Position numbers and translations under genes: made by a program | Shown here: piece by piece, positions 1 through 13,645 of the stretch | How the letters are laid out: every line of letters begins with the position of its first letter | Position numbering within the stretch: position 1 is the first letter of the stretch | NCBI GenBank assembly: GCA_025603075.1 | Contig: MU626318.1 | Coordinates: 45,903-109,902 of the forward strand | Source: Neoconidiobolus thromboides FSU 785 | Taxonomy: Eukaryota; Fungi; Entomophthoromycota | Direction: 5' to 3' | Length of the DNA: 64,000 bases | Notes under the pieces: generated by a model | The model's input: only the letters and a program-made list of their open reading frames with translations | The model's database searches: none | Told to the model about the DNA's origin: nothing

Positions 1-447
1 GGAGGAACAATGGCTTTACAATTAGCTTTAGAATATCCATTACCATTATGCGGAGTCATTGCTATTGCTGCTTTACCTTTAGATAGTTTTCTAGAAAAAC
101 AAACACAACACAGCATGAGGGGATTTGATACTAAATTATTATTTATTATTGGAGATAAAGATGAAAAGAATACTAAAGCTATTTATACGAATAGTATTAA
201 TAAATTAAAGGATGTGGTGACAAAAGAATGGGATGAATATATTAAATTGAAGATTATTAAAGGAAAAGGTCATGAAATGAGTCATAAAAAAGTAATTAAA
301 TTCTTATCTATTGACTAAACGTTGTTTATTTTTTATTAGGAAGAAGTTGATATTTGGATGGAGTTTTTTTCAAGTAATCTTAAATTGAGACAACCTCAAC
401 TTGAAGCTATGGCAGATGAAATTATAGAAATAAAAAGAGAAGAATAA
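1..447 (+). CDS. Phospholipase/carboxylesterase (alpha/beta hydrolase, Abhydrolase_2-like), 3' part; intron 292-339
   Basis: GGTMAL follows the expected GxSxG nucleophile; GDKD and GHEM give the catalytic Asp and His. A phase-0 GT..AG intron at 292-339 restores the frame to EEVDIWMEFF...KREE* (stop 445-447). Confidence 0.75.
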
Positions 448-541
448 ATAGTAATTATTTTATTTTTATTTTTATTTTTACTTTATTTTTATTTTTTATG
501 ATATAATTTAAATAATAAGCTTATTTTTTATTAAATTTTTT

Positions 542-1956
542 TTATTCCAATTCACCACAATCAATAATTGTAATTTTACGTTGAGGTTTACCACTTTCAC
601 TACCGAACTGTTCCATTTTTTTAACTACGTCTAAACCAGATTCTACATAACCAAATACTACATGTTTATTATCTAACCTAAGTAATATAATAATATATAT
701 AATTTAATATTGTTAACATATATTATATGATATTAAAATTACCATTCTGTTGGTCCAGTACAAATAAAAAACTGAGAACCATTAGTATTTGGACCTGAAT
801 TGGCCATTGATAAAGTACCTAATCCTGAATGTTTTAACTGAAAATTTTCATCTTCAAATTTATTTCCATAAATCGATTTTCCACCAGTCCCATTATAATT
901 TGTAAAATCACCTATTTAACGTTATTATTTGCTATTCAATATTGTTTTATATGCTTATTATTTATTACCTCCTTGACACATAAATTTTGGTATTACCTAA
1001 AACATTCTATTAATATTTAGTATTTATTTTTGAACTATCAATTTACCCTATGAAATACCGATTTCTTATAACCATATCCTTTTTCATTAGTACACCTTAT
1101 TGAAAAATATTAACACTTTACTTATAAAACTATAAAACTATATTAATTACAATGCTCTAAAATTCCTATTATTAAAATATTAATATTAATGTTATAATAA
1201 AAATAATAAAAAATATTTACTCTGCTGTTTTTGGTACCACATCAGCCCTTAATACCATTACTATTCTACCTACTGTTTCACCACCAATTGTAATATCAAA
1301 AAATACTCTTTTTGAAAATTGCTATTAATTTATAAATGTAAAAATAAACTTTAAATTACTTTGGATTCTTTTTCTTATTCTCCCCCTCTTTTTTATCCCC
1401 CTCTTCCTTTTTATTTTCGATTCTATTTTCTTCTTGTCTATTAGTTCCATATTCTTGTAACCAAGAGTCTTCAGTCCAAACTAAAATAAAAAATATTTAA
1501 TATCAACCAATCCCACAAAAACAATAAAAATCCCTAAACTTACCAGCTTTAATCGAATATTGATTGACTCTAGTATTAGTAGCAATGTTGACTTTCAAAA
1601 CTTTACCATACAATTCGGATAAATGTAAATTATCTACAGCAGCTAAAGCATCTTCACTATCTTCATATTCCACAAAACCAAAGCCTCGATGGACTAACCC
1701 TAAAAATGGATAAATTTGGTTTATTTTTTTGTTTATAGTGAAAAATTCATTCTTACACCTCGATGGGTTACTCGGTATTTGTACTTGTACTATATCTCCA
1801 AATGGAATGCAAGTATCATATAATATCTGTTCATTGACTTGTTCATCAAAGCCACCTAAATTAAGGGTTAGAATATGTCTATTATTTAATAAGAAAATGT
1901 TGCTTTTTACCTACAAATATAGTATTCGTTTTTCGATCTTTTATAGAGTTATTCAT
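542..1956 (-). CDS. PPIE: Cyclophilin E (RRM plus cyclophilin PPIase), multi-exon
   Basis: N-terminal RRM ([17 protein letters not shown]..., [15 protein letters not shown]) followed by cyclophilin motifs ([47 protein letters not shown]), split by short GT-AG introns. Confidence 0.9.
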
Positions 1957-2094
1957 TTAGGATTGAAAATTTTATTAAAAAAGATACTTTTGATTTTTTT
2001 GAAATTGAAGTTCGCTAATTTTTTTATTTTGCAGTAAAATTAAAATAAGAAAAGGACATATTTTCTTTTCACTGTTTTTAAATCTTTTATAAAA

Positions 2095-2672
2095 ATGACT
2101 CATTTAAAAATCCTTGGTCAAACATTAGGTCAACAGATTAATTACAAAATCCAAAGTGCCAATTATTTAACTAAGAAAGATATTAATACAGTTTATCAAT
2201 GGTTTATGACTCAGGGCCAAGTAATTACATTTGAACAGCATAGGGTAAGTGAAAGATTTTAAATTAGCTCTTCATTTTTAATTATTTCGATGTACGTTAT
2301 GGGATTAATTGAGCTGATTTCGATTTATTTAGAGTTTACATGATGACAAATTATTACCTACCGGTCGAGTTATTTATAAAATATTAGATGATAAAAAAGT
2401 GAATTTAAAAAAGTATTATAAATTGGATAAATTTGAACTTCATATCTTAGATAATTCAAAAAGAAGTAAGTGCTTTTATTTTTGCTTATTTATTTATGAA
2501 TTTAAAGCTAGATCGAATTAAATGTTTACTCTTTTTTTAAATACATTTTATAGAGGATATCAAATTAGATTTATCCAAAGTACCACCTAAGTTTGAATTT
2601 TTTAGTAAAGATTTTGAAATGAAGGATTATGTTTCTAATCTTTGTAAATTTGAAGCAATGAAAAAAGAGTAG
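2095..2672 (+). CDS. Hypothetical protein, 3 exons
   Basis: ATG at 2095, two GTAAG...AG introns, and spliced reading stays open to TAG at 2670-2672. No recognisable domain. Divergent from PPIE across ~140 bp. Confidence 0.55.
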
Positions 2673-3237
2673 ATTTGAAGATTCTAGAAGGTCTTAGATT
2701 AGTAAGACCAAAAGAAATCAACTATTTGTTTTGCATTAAGGTCGATTCGACTTAAGATGGTTGGTTATAGAGATATTTTAATTATATTTTGATACATGCT
2801 AAAGAAATAAATTGGTAATGTTCATTAAGTTATATATTTGAATCTATTTGTTAATGAGATTCAATTTAAATGATTTGATGATAAGTTTTATTTAATTTTT
2901 GAATTTATTATAATATATTGGCTTTAGATAGTAAGTGTATTTAAGTCAATAATATTTATTTATAAAGGATTACTACAGCTTGTCAAATGATTATCTTTAA
3001 TTAAATCTAGTCTATTATGTTTAAATATTACTTCTATTAAATTGATTTTCGAATTTTTCATATCATGATAACGATTTTTATAGATTTGAAATATAATATT
3101 AAAACCAATAAATTATAAGTTATTGCTATTAGTTGATATTCATATACATTAATCATCTAATATGAAAAACCAAGCCTTTTATCATACAATCTTAAAGTGG
3201 TCAAATCTAAACACTTAAGTGAATACGAAAATCATAT

Positions 3238-3335
3238 GGGGATGTTTTTTTCGGTTTCATTATTTTTCCATTTTTTAAGCGCTATTTGAGCGAAAGAATT
3301 GTTAGCAAAGTTCTTAAACATAAAAATACATTCTC
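3238..3335 (-). mobile_element. MITE family copy
   Basis: GGGGATG...CATTCTC termini, ATAT flanks, consensus core. Confidence 0.85.
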
Positions 3336-3427
3336 ATATAATAACAATTTAGTTGTATAAATAAGAAATGAAGTAAACTGAAGATTAAACAATTTAATTT
3401 AATATCGTTTTTTTAACTCAAAGTGTT

Positions 3428-3822
3428 ATGGACAATTTATATATTGAAATTGGCTTAGATGGTTCCATCCTACCCTTATATTAATCTGATAACTCAAATC
3501 ATACAAATAAAACAGTTATTATAAATCAATCTGAAATTTTACAATTAAGCAGATAAGAGATAATTATGCTAGTATGTTCTATTTGAAAATAAACAAATAA
3601 TCACTAAAATTGAATATGAACCTAAATTTAAACCGTTTCTTATTTTTCTTGTTTTTTTCACTTGGAAGTCCCATCATCTCTAAATCACTCGAAGCAATAA
3701 TTTTTATGTTTATAGCTATCTTTACTTTCCCTTTACTTTATTTGGTGATTATGTGTCGTCCAACTTTTAATGAAATTCATCATTGTCCTTCTAGTGATAG
3801 GGTTATTGCTATTACTGAATAA
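3428..3822 (+). pseudogene. LITAF-domain gene, pseudogene
   Basis: MDN..., IINQSEILQLSR*, LVCS and EIHHCPSSDRVIAITE* align to the paralog at 8833. Has in-frame stops and a frameshift. Confidence 0.75.
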
Positions 3823-4115
3823 AACTAACATATCTGATTTTTATTTATATCCTTCTTTATTTAAAATAATGCTTTGTTTTATAAAATTGTTAAATCTAGC
3901 CATCAGATTCATTTATAGAACAAAAGTAAATATCTAAAACATTATACTTGTCAAAGTAAACATATATCTAAAATGCCTAAAACTGAATAAAATTTCAAAT
4001 AATTATAAAAATGTAATATATTTCTATATATAGCAGTAATATTATTTTAAATTAAAAGACAATAACTTAATTAAGCTTAAATGATTTTTTGATTTAATAA
4101 TAGTAACTATTATAT

Positions 4116-4178
4116 GGGGATGTGTTTTTTGTTTAAGAATTTTACTGACAATTTTTCCACTCAAATACCATTGTGAAA
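4116..4178 (+). mobile_element. MITE family copy, left half, truncated by the LTR-like element
   Basis: ATAT+GGGGATGTG... matches consensus up to CACTCAAATA, then is interrupted. Confidence 0.8.
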
Positions 4179-4181
4179 TGT

Positions 4182-4635
4182 CGCTTTGTCAGCCCCATGG
4201 TTAATTATAGCATAATAATCGCCTAAGCTGTCGTGTTCTCAATTATAGAGACAATTAGTCCCATGCTCTTATTCTGATTTGTTAACAGAATTTCTATCTT
4301 CGTCTCAAAGAATATTCTCTCCTCGTTTTGATATTTATACTTATCGGAGTACAAAAGAGATTCTAAAACATAATAGTTCGAGGCTTTTTAACTGAATTAT
4401 TCCCTAATATCTCGGACATTTAATAAAGCCACCAAGTTTTCTTAATAGTATTTTACATAGGTTTTACATTAGTATTGTCTATTCTATTTGTCTTATATAG
4501 CTTGTAACCTATTACGTGCTATTCCTCATAATCTAAGTCTATCTTAGTCACATAAGCTAAGACCTTTCGACTTATAGTGTAGTCAACCCAGCAATAGCTG
4601 TTCTTGACTCCAAACCCTGAGTACCAGATTTCACA
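4182..4635 (-). mobile_element. Solo LTR-like element, copy 1 (~454 bp)
   Basis: TGTGAAAT...ATTTCACA termini (TG...CA with an 8-bp inverted repeat). Colinear, roughly 80-85% identical by eye to 49982-50443 in reverse complement. Orientation is arbitrary. Confidence 0.75.
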
Positions 4636-4661
4636 GCTCTTGAATTAAAAAACACATCCCC
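4636..4661 (-). mobile_element. MITE family, left-end fragment in reverse orientation
   Basis: Reverse complement reads ATAT GGGGATGTGTTTTTTAATTCAAGAGC, the start of the MITE consensus. Confidence 0.6.
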
Positions 4662-4717
4662 ATATATCAAATAATTTCAAAAATACAACAAAAAGAACAA
4701 ATTCATATAATATATCT

Positions 4718-4812
4718 GGGGATGTGTTTTTTGTTCAAGATTTTACTACAATCTTTCCACTCAAATAGCACTTAAAAGATGGAAAAAGTAATGAAGCCAA
4801 AAAAACACCCCC
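4718..4812 (+). mobile_element. MITE family copy
   Basis: GGGGATG...CACCCCC, flanks ATCT/ATAT. Confidence 0.85.
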
Positions 4813-4845
4813 ATATGCTTATTGAATAATTAAGAAAAGTTATTT

Positions 4846-4952
4846 AAAAATAAAAATAAAAATAAAAATAAAAATAAAAATAAAAATAAAAATAAAAATA
4901 AAAATAAATTAAAATAAATTAAAATAAATTAAAATTAAAATTAAAATTAAAA
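4846..4952. repeat. Compound microsatellite (AAAAAT)n grading into (AAATTAAAAT)n and (AAAATT)n
   Basis: Read directly from the sequence. Confidence 0.9.
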
Positions 4953-5899
4953 AGTTACATAAATCCTATAATAATACTTAAAAAATATATTTAATAAAGC
5001 TATTAAAAAATTAAATAGTAAAAGTCATACTATTTTTAAACTCTAAATAAAATACAAAAATAAATCCAAGTTTAATAATTTTAAACTACTATAATAAACA
5101 AGATATATGAGTATTAAAGCTTAATATTTTATATCTAAAAAGCTTGTAAATAATCTTGCTTAAATAATACTTAAAAAAAAAGGTAATGAAGCTAAAAAAA
5201 GATTTTTGTATTACATATTTAAAGAAATTTATAAGATAAACAATAGCCTAAAAAAATTAATTCCAACTCCCTTGCTAAATATCACAAAAAAAATATAGTT
5301 TATAAACATCTTAAAAAAATTAATAATTTTAAAGCATTAAATAGAATAAAGCATATTAGTTAGTTAATTTTAAAATTAGATGTTTTTATTTTTGGACATA
5401 ATAAAACCAATAATTTAATTATCAATAATAAGAAAACATGTAATTTTTAAAAAGTATAAAAGTATAAGAAACATAACATATTAAAAGGTATTGTATTTTA
5501 GTTAATGTAATAATAAGCTACATTATTACTTAGTATTCAACAAACTAAAAAAATTTGATATCATTCTAATTGAAGTTACAAAGTTTATAAAAAGTAAAAA
5601 AATAAAAAAATAAACCTTAGCTTATTTTATAATAATAAACATTTGCTAATGAAATTTTATAAAAAAATGTATTTATTTACATAATATAACTTTTATTAAT
5701 ATCAATATATAGACTATATTGGTAAAAACCTTGCTAATCCAGGAATTTTTATCAAATTTAGTAGAAATTCAGCTAATTTTATAATATAAATCATAATAAA
5801 ATAATTTAAAATTATAGAGTACTTTCACTTTTTAGTAATTTATTTTTTATAAAGCTTTAAGCAAAGTTGGTACAAAATGTTTAAAATTGGGTTTTATTT

Positions 5900-8260
5900 T
5901 AATACCACTACTTTATTGATTACTCTATCCATAATTCAGAACTCAAAAATTGGATGAAAAAATGGAACTAATTCGGATATCCCAATGAAGATTTTGGACT
6001 TGGTGAGCACAACCAGCTGGTATAGGTACTGCATCACCAGATTTTTGATAAATTTGGCGACCTATTACATTATAGTCATTTACAAGGTCTTCTGGGTCTT
6101 TTTCAGTCAAATAAACAGCTTGGTCATAAATTAGATGAAAATTCACATAATCTCTCTTATATTTTAATATGAATTTTTTAAGCATCCCTGTATTCTCTTT
6201 CAAAAATGTGTCACAAAGCATCTGGTTCATTCGAAATGCCTAAGGAGTAGTTCATTATATTAACGGCATCTGCGGCATGCAAATGAAGTGGTGTGGTGCT
6301 AAATTTCTTACTATTTTTGTAATAATAGGAATTGTACATTTTTGGTCCCAGATCTGGGACAACGTGAATATCTGGCAGATATGAAACTAGTTTAAACTTA
6401 CTATCATATCTCATATACTCTGGAAATGCCATAAGGTTCACAAAATCGTTATAAAGCCATTCAAAGGATACTTTGAAGCTTGTGGCAGATTGTTAACTCT
6501 TATTCTTGGTTGGTATATGTTTTCTGTTCATTTAGACTCCTCTGTCCTAATTATTAAAGTTGATAAAAAGACCTTTTAAATTTAAGCTATCATCTTTTTA
6601 TTATTTAAATAAACAATTTTTTAACTTTTACATAATACTTGACAAAGAATGAAGGATCCGCTGCATACCTTAATGAGCTTATATCTAGCAGGCTTACCAT
6701 CGGAGTACCTTTTCTTCATTTTACTTGAAAATAGGCTGACTCAATAAATTCTCTTTTTGCAAATCAGTAGGGATGGGTGGGATAATCAAGATTAGGTAAC
6801 AACTCACTTCTTATGCTTTCCTGACTATTTGAAATATCAGCTGGGTTGTATACAAGGACAGGATCATAAAAGTTTTTAAATTGTTTTGATGTGTAATCAG
6901 AAAACGGTAAAAGCACTCTACGTGTGTAGAAGCTACTTTTTGATCTACAAGAGATAGTACAATTAAAAAGGTTTTTTTGACACCAAATTCATCATAAAAT
7001 TCTTTATAACATAAAGCGTATAGCTCAACACCACATCTATGACACATATAGAAAAAGGAGAATATTGAAGCTCTACATTTATTACTAAGCTGTGCTATAG
7101 ACTGAGTCATTTTATGATAATACATGTCATTTCCAGATTCCTTATAAACTTCAATTTTATTTTTAATACTTCTTTTAATGCTAAATTGCTATATTTTTCT
7201 ACATATTTGTATCTTTCATTTCTAGCTTCATTATTATATATAATTAGTGACGCTATTAGTAAGTTGGGAGGCCTGAATGGATTTATATTCCTTGCTTATT
7301 TTCCTGAATCATTTCTTTGCTTTCATCTTCATTTTCAAGTATAGTTACTCATTCTATTGCTACTTGGGTCAGGTTATAGCATTCAGTTCCACCCGTATTA
7401 GGAGAATCTTCGAGTTTAGCGCTATCCGGCACTATATTCTCCTGGGATTTACTTAATCTGGGTAAGTTTTTTGGGTCATTTCTTTTGTAGCTACTTTGTT
7501 GCTTTTAAGGATTGAATCAGGATTATTATCATTATCTTTAATTGAGAGGAAAACAGTAAAATTGAGGATATAATGCCTTTATCAAAGTATTGAATTTCAA
7601 AAAACGTTAAAAGGGAATCTGGATCGTATTCAAACTCATTTTTTCTGAACATTCACTAAGATTCTTTACAAACTCGAACCAGTTCAATAATCAAGTTTTA
7701 AAAAATGACTATTAACGATACAATTTAAAATTTAAATCTATTGAGTTTTGAAATTGAAGCTTGAATTCTTCATAGGTGGAGCGTAAGGTAAAAATAAGTT
7801 GTCCTCCTTTTGGCGATGATATTGGATTAAAATTAAATTCACAAATAATTTTCTTGTCTTTTCCATGTAATCTTTTAATAAGGATGTTTGAAATCAAAAG
7901 CATCAATAAAGGTACTTCATCTTTGTCAAATAATGTATTGGATTCTTTTATTTTTTTGTAGCTATCTCAATAAGATTCCTCTTTTCGGCTTATTTTTTTG
8001 TTGCTTTTAAACCTTGCATTGCATTTTCAGTTGGTTCTCATCCTTTTTGAATACTTTATAGATGGCTCACACTTCTTTAATCTTGTTAACATGCTCATTA
8101 AATAAAATGTTGACATCAAACTTTTCAAAAGCAAAAGGAGATATATACTTCAACTTTAATGCTTCTGATTACCTCTTCAGCTTTATCAACAGTTTCTTAT
8201 ACATTTATTTTAATTACAGCTTGTAATTGATTAAAAGTCTTTATTTTTATACTTTTTTAT
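5900..8260 (-). pseudogene. KDM3/JMJD1-type JmjC histone demethylase pseudogene, copy 1
   Basis: PDLGPKMYNSY, TTPLHLHAADAVNIMNY, DAL*HIF (Trp to TGA at 6211-6213), GDAVPIPAGCAHQVQNL, plus the Cys-rich finger C..CRASIFSFFYMCHRCGVEL. Multiple frameshifts and stops. Ends are approximate. Confidence 0.8.
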
Positions 8261-8832
8261 GACATTCCCAGTTGTTCTATTAGCTAAACTTGAAATTTAG
8301 ATTCGAAAAAAAACTCAGATCAAGACCATATCGAATTCATATAATACTTATATTGATTTTACTTGACCTTTGAGGTGATAAAAAAGCTTTACTGCCTTTT
8401 TTTAGAGCTATCAAGCTTACAATCTTAAAAAATATTGACTAACTTTTAAATAGAAAATAAGATGATACTTTCTCCAGTAACTTAGTATCTTTTAAAAATA
8501 TATATTAATGTAATTTAAAGATGTAAACTAGCTTAAGAACTTGAGACATTTGCTCAGTTATTGGCATTTCCTTATAATTGTTAATGATTAGACATACATT
8601 TCGCATCTTTACATCAACTCATATCTTCAAACCTACATTGGCAGTTCCCTTAAAACTGATGAAAATATTAGAGCTTTTTCATTTACTTTAAGAGATCTTT
8701 TGTCATGTGATCTTAAACCTGTAAAGTTAAATATTTAAAATAAAAAACCGTATTGTAACAATATATAAAGAAAGAAAGAAAGAAAGAAAAATAACAGTTT
8801 AATTCTAAAGTGATTTTTAAAGTCAAAAACTT

Positions 8833-9249
8833 ATGGATAACATAGATGTTGAAAGTGGCAAATTGAATCAATCTCCACCATCATATATGGGAATTGGTTC
8901 ATCTCATTCAAATCAAACTATACTTATAAGACAACCTGAAATCTTAGAACTAAGTAGAAGGGGAGTAGCCATTTTAGTTTGTCCATTCGAAAATAAGGAA
9001 GTAACTACTAAACTTAAATATAAACTTAATAAAGATACATGGATCTATTTATTTTATATTTCCTTAATAAGTCTTATGATCCTATCGGAGTCTGATTCCT
9101 ATACCGCTGCGCTTCTTTATTTTCTAACCAATAGTTTTATTTTTCTTATAGGTATTCTAGATAATAATCGTTATGATGAGATCCATCTCTGTTCTTCTTG
9201 CGATAGAGTTGTTGCTATTGCTAAAGAGAATAATAATGTAGATGAGTAA
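8833..9249 (+). CDS. LITAF-domain membrane protein (PPSY motif, CPFE...HLCSSC)
   Basis: Intact 138-aa ORF with PPSY, LVCPFENKEVTT, a hydrophobic segment and EIHLCSSCDRVVAIA. Confidence 0.8.
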   Translation: MDNIDVESGKLNQSPPSYMGIGSSHSNQTILIRQPEILELSRRGVAILVCPFENKEVTTKLKYKLNKDTWIYLFYISLISLMILSESDSYTAALLYFLTNSFIFLIGILDNNRYDEIHLCSSCDRVVAIAKENNNVDE

Positions 9250-9346
9250 AATGTGGATCGTTTCCTGATTTACTATTAACTATACTATAGCTCTTAGTTA
9301 TGAACTACTGGATGATATCACTATAATTTTTTGAAAATAAAAATAA

Positions 9347-9443
9347 GGGGATGTACTTTTTTATTTAAGAATTTTACCAACAATCTTTCCACTCAAATAG
9401 CACTTAAAAGATGGAAAAATAATGAAATCAAAAAAATATCTCC
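9347..9443 (+). mobile_element. MITE family copy
   Basis: Perfect 4-bp direct flanks ATAA/ATAA. Confidence 0.85.
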
Positions 9444-10485
9444 ATAAGTATTTAAATTTATTCATAACGCTTTTAATCATTGGTATTGATGATTTGGTTT
9501 AAAATAGACCTCATTAAATATAATATTTCTTTAAGTATAAACTTTGTTTTGAAAATTATAACTTATAAGTGAAATAACTAATTAGTATGATTTATGAATA
9601 TCAGGGATTTTCTATTGAGCTTTTCAATTATACAAATATCAAAGCTATTAAAGAATCAATGAGCTTTTTAAATATATTTAACTTTTAAAGACATTGATCT
9701 ATCATAGAATTTTGCATAAAAAGTACATTATAAAATAAATTTAATATCTAATTGAAAATGTTATAGGATATATTTGACTCTAAAAGTCATATTGCTAAAG
9801 CGATAAAGCAAGTATAAATTAAAGAACATAAGAACAACCACAATTATAAATAGTTAAGTAGATTAAAATAAAAAAGATATGAATTTAAACTTTATGGATT
9901 ATGGGGACATCGAAAGCAGCTGTTCACTTATTAGGTCATCGATATCAAGGGTTAAAAGATTTCTCTCATATGAGCAAAGCTATATTTATAAATCAGCCCA
10001 AAACCTCCCAATTGCTAAAAAAGGAACGATAACCTTAATTTATCGATTTGAATAAGACAATAGGCACTGAGCTCAAGTATGAAGTTGGGTCTAAGGCAAA
10101 TTGTATCGTACTTGTCTTAATTTTTACTTAATTCACAGTTCTTTTTCTTTGGAAATATTTAAGGTCTATTTCAATCCATACTTCATATTGTACTTTCTAT
10201 CCCTTTAGATTTCAATCACTGAAAATGGTCCTTTCTATAGTAAAACTCACAATTGTCTTGTAGTTGGGTTATTGGTATTTATAAGTAAAACTAAGATCAT
10301 TTAGAGTTTCTTTGTATGTATATTATTAGTCAGAATAAAGACAGCATTTTGTCCTTAATAATATCAATATAGTGACCAAATTCATTTATAAGATCGAAGT
10401 AACTATTTAACTACAGTGCTTGATAAAAGCGTATATGTTTGAAATATTTAAAGTTGGATAAGATTTTAGATAACCAAAAAGATAG

Positions 10486-10583
10486 GGGGATGTATTTTTT
10501 GTTTAAAAACTTTATTAACAATCTTTCCACTGAAGTAATGCCTAAAAAATGAAAAAAATAATGAAACCAAAAAAAACATCCCC
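10486..10583 (+). mobile_element. MITE family copy
   Basis: TIRs and core present, flanks ATAG/ATAT. Confidence 0.85.
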
Positions 10584-10749
10584 ATATAATTCATTTTCAC
10601 ACTTGGGTATATTATTAGTTAATAAATTAGTAAGTTAGCAAATCATCTATTTTATTAAACTTTTATAACTTTTCAACTTGGTTGTAATGCTAACTATATA
10701 ATCAGGTCATGGTCTATATTAACACCTATTTCTTTTTATTATTGATTTA

Positions 10750-13645
10750 TGATATCAAATCCCATTATCTATTCCTTTTTACTTTTCTTAGCTCTGTATT
10801 TTCAAGTCGCTGCTAGAAGTATCTCTTTTACTTATATCACTAGGTTGGAAATTTGTAGGCAGGCTATAATTGAGAATTTCACTTTGTAAAACTGAGTTAC
10901 CAATAGCTTTTTCTTCCATAGTGTCCCAAACATTAGCTAATAAACTGGATGTATTTGAAACATCTACACACTTGGAACGATTATATGCAAGAGATTATGA
11001 GTCATTGGTAAGTCATACATAAACGGATGCACTTTCTGGGGCTACGAAATCCATTGAAATATTTATACAATGATGAAAGTTTTAAGTTTGATGCGCGCAA
11101 CCAGCTGGTATAGGTACCACATCATCAGGTCTTTGGTAAACCTGATAATTAGCAAGGTCTTCTAAGCTCTCCTCATCAAAATGTAAAGTTTGGTCATGTA
11201 TTGGATCATCAATGTTTTTATCTTTGTTTTTTTAATATAGGCTTCTTAACATCATTTATATCTTCCCTTTTGGATGTGTCACAATGCACTTAATTCATTT
11301 AAATCACTTGAGGAGTAGCTCATTATGTTAATGATATCTACCATATCTAAATTCAAGGAAATGATGTCAAATCCTTTACTAGCCTCATAGTAATAAGAGC
11401 TATCTCTGTATCTTTGATTTAAGATCTGAAACAATATGGATGTCTGGTAAATATAGAAGTAAATTGAATTCACCTTCATATTTCATATACTCCGAGAATA
11501 GTCCAAGATTTATAAAATTATTATAAAGGCATTCAAAGTGCTACTTAGAAGTGATGTCTGCCTCCCAGTTCTTAATCATAACTGGTATTTGTCATTTTTT
11601 ATACTGGACTCCTTTTTTTACTGTTAAAATTACCAAAAAACTTCACAACTTTTAATCCGTTAATTTTTTCCCATTCAAATGTATAACTTTAATTATAAAT
11701 TTTCCATAATAATTGATAAAGAACAAAGAATCAATCATATACTTTGATGAGCTCATATCAAGCTCAATTACCATTGGCGTACCCTTTCTCCATGTTACTT
11801 GGAAATTAGGTAGTTTGATATCTTTTTTCCCTCGGAATGGATAAGGATAAGAAGTATAATTAATTTTACGAAATAGTTTATTTATAACATTTTCGTTTTT
11901 ATTTGAATTTGAATTTGAATTTGAATTCAGATAATTTATATCTAAACACATAATTACAAAACTTCTTGAATACACTTAGTCTATAAAAAAAATGGTAAAA
12001 ACATTCTACATGTATAAGAATTGTCTTCTGACTTAGGTTCTCTAAAACAGCTAAAAGGATTTAATCTAATATTAAATTTATTCTAAAAACTTTTATAGTA
12101 TAAAGCACATAACTCAACACCGCATTTACAGCACATATAGGAAAAGCAGAAAATAGAAGTTATGCATTTATCACAAATCTGTACCATAGGCTGAACTATT
12201 GGGCGATAATGCATGTTATTTCCAAATGTTTTGTGAATTTTAATCTCATTTTTAATGCTTTTTTTAATCCAGGGTTAATTACTTTTTAATATATCCATAA
12301 TCCTACTCTATAGCTTCATTATTATAGATAGTTAATAATGATATCGGTAAGTTTGGAGGCGTAAATACATCATTAAATTGCCGTTTGATTATTGTATATC
12401 TTTTATGATTGTGGATTTTTTGTTTAAATTTTTCATATTCATTTACTTTAGTAGAAGCATAACTTTCAGCCAATTCATTATTCTCATTCTTGGTAAATAG
12501 TTGTGTAGCTCCAGATCTAGATTTACCTCTTTGCTTCTCAACACATATTTTCCAACGACTAAATTTATTAATACTTTTGGAATTACATGGTTGGTTTTGA
12601 ACAATATTGAGATCAAGCTCTGAATCCTTGCAAGCTTTCAACGATTCATCAACATGGATTTCTAATTCTTCTATATCGCTTAAATAGCCTAACATTGACT
12701 TTAAAAATCGCCTTAACTCTTTCTTTACTAATAGGTTTAAATTAGGGTATCAATTCCATCCGCATTATGAGTCTTTTCAAATTCACCGTTATTAGCACTA
12801 TAACCTGCTATCCTTTATCTAAATTTCTTAAATTTACCTCCATGCTTTTCTTTGCAATAGGTTCATTAATTTGATAAATAGAATTAAAATCGAAATTATT
12901 ACCTTGAGTCGAATCCAAAGAGATAGTTAAAGTTGGTGGCTTTATATACTTATCAAAGCATTGAATTGCAAAAATAGCGAAAGGGGATCTGGGTTGAATT
13001 TAAATCCATTTATTTTTTATCATTCACTAAGATCCCTCATAAACTTCAATCAGCTTAATAATAATGCCCCAGAAAAGGGATAATCGTAGTTTAATTTAAA
13101 AGCCAAGATGGGATGATTTCTGGGATTTAATTTTGAATTCTTCATAGATAGATTATAAGTCGCAAATAATCCGTTCTCCTTCTATCAACAACATTAGATT
13201 AGAGTTAAATCTACGATAATTTGTTTGTCATTTGTATCCAGTCTCTTAACAAGTATATTTGAGATCAAAAGTATCAACAAAGGTGCTTCGTCTCTGTTAA
13301 ATATCGTATTGAACTCTTTTATCTTGTATAACTATTGAGTAACGATATCTTTTCTTGACCTATCTTTTATTGCTGTTGAACCTTGAATTGTCTTTTTAGC
13401 CTGATTCATTTTTTTTGAATATTCCATAGGTTGCTTTTAATTTGTCTTTAATCTTAAGGACATCCGCATCAATTAATGTGTTGAAGTCAACCTTCTCAAA
13501 AGTAAAAGGAAGCTTATCTACTTCAAATTTGGAGATATTCACTATACCCTCGATTTTGCTAATAGCCTCCTTATTCATTTACAGCTAATTACAAGTGTAA
13601 TTAAAATATTTGGTTATTTTTATACACTTAAATTTTTTATGACGT
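10750..13645 (-). pseudogene. KDM3/JMJD1-type JmjC histone demethylase pseudogene, copy 2
   Basis: DVVPIPAGCAHQT and MDFVAPESA near 11030-11135, a Cys finger near 12110-12210, and colinear similarity to copy 1 throughout. Heavily frameshifted. Ends are approximate. Confidence 0.7.

Noticed and set aside
4950-5900. Extremely AT-rich stretch as a possible origin or centromeric element
   Set aside because: No distinctive structure, and similar composition occurs in other intergenic regions of the window.
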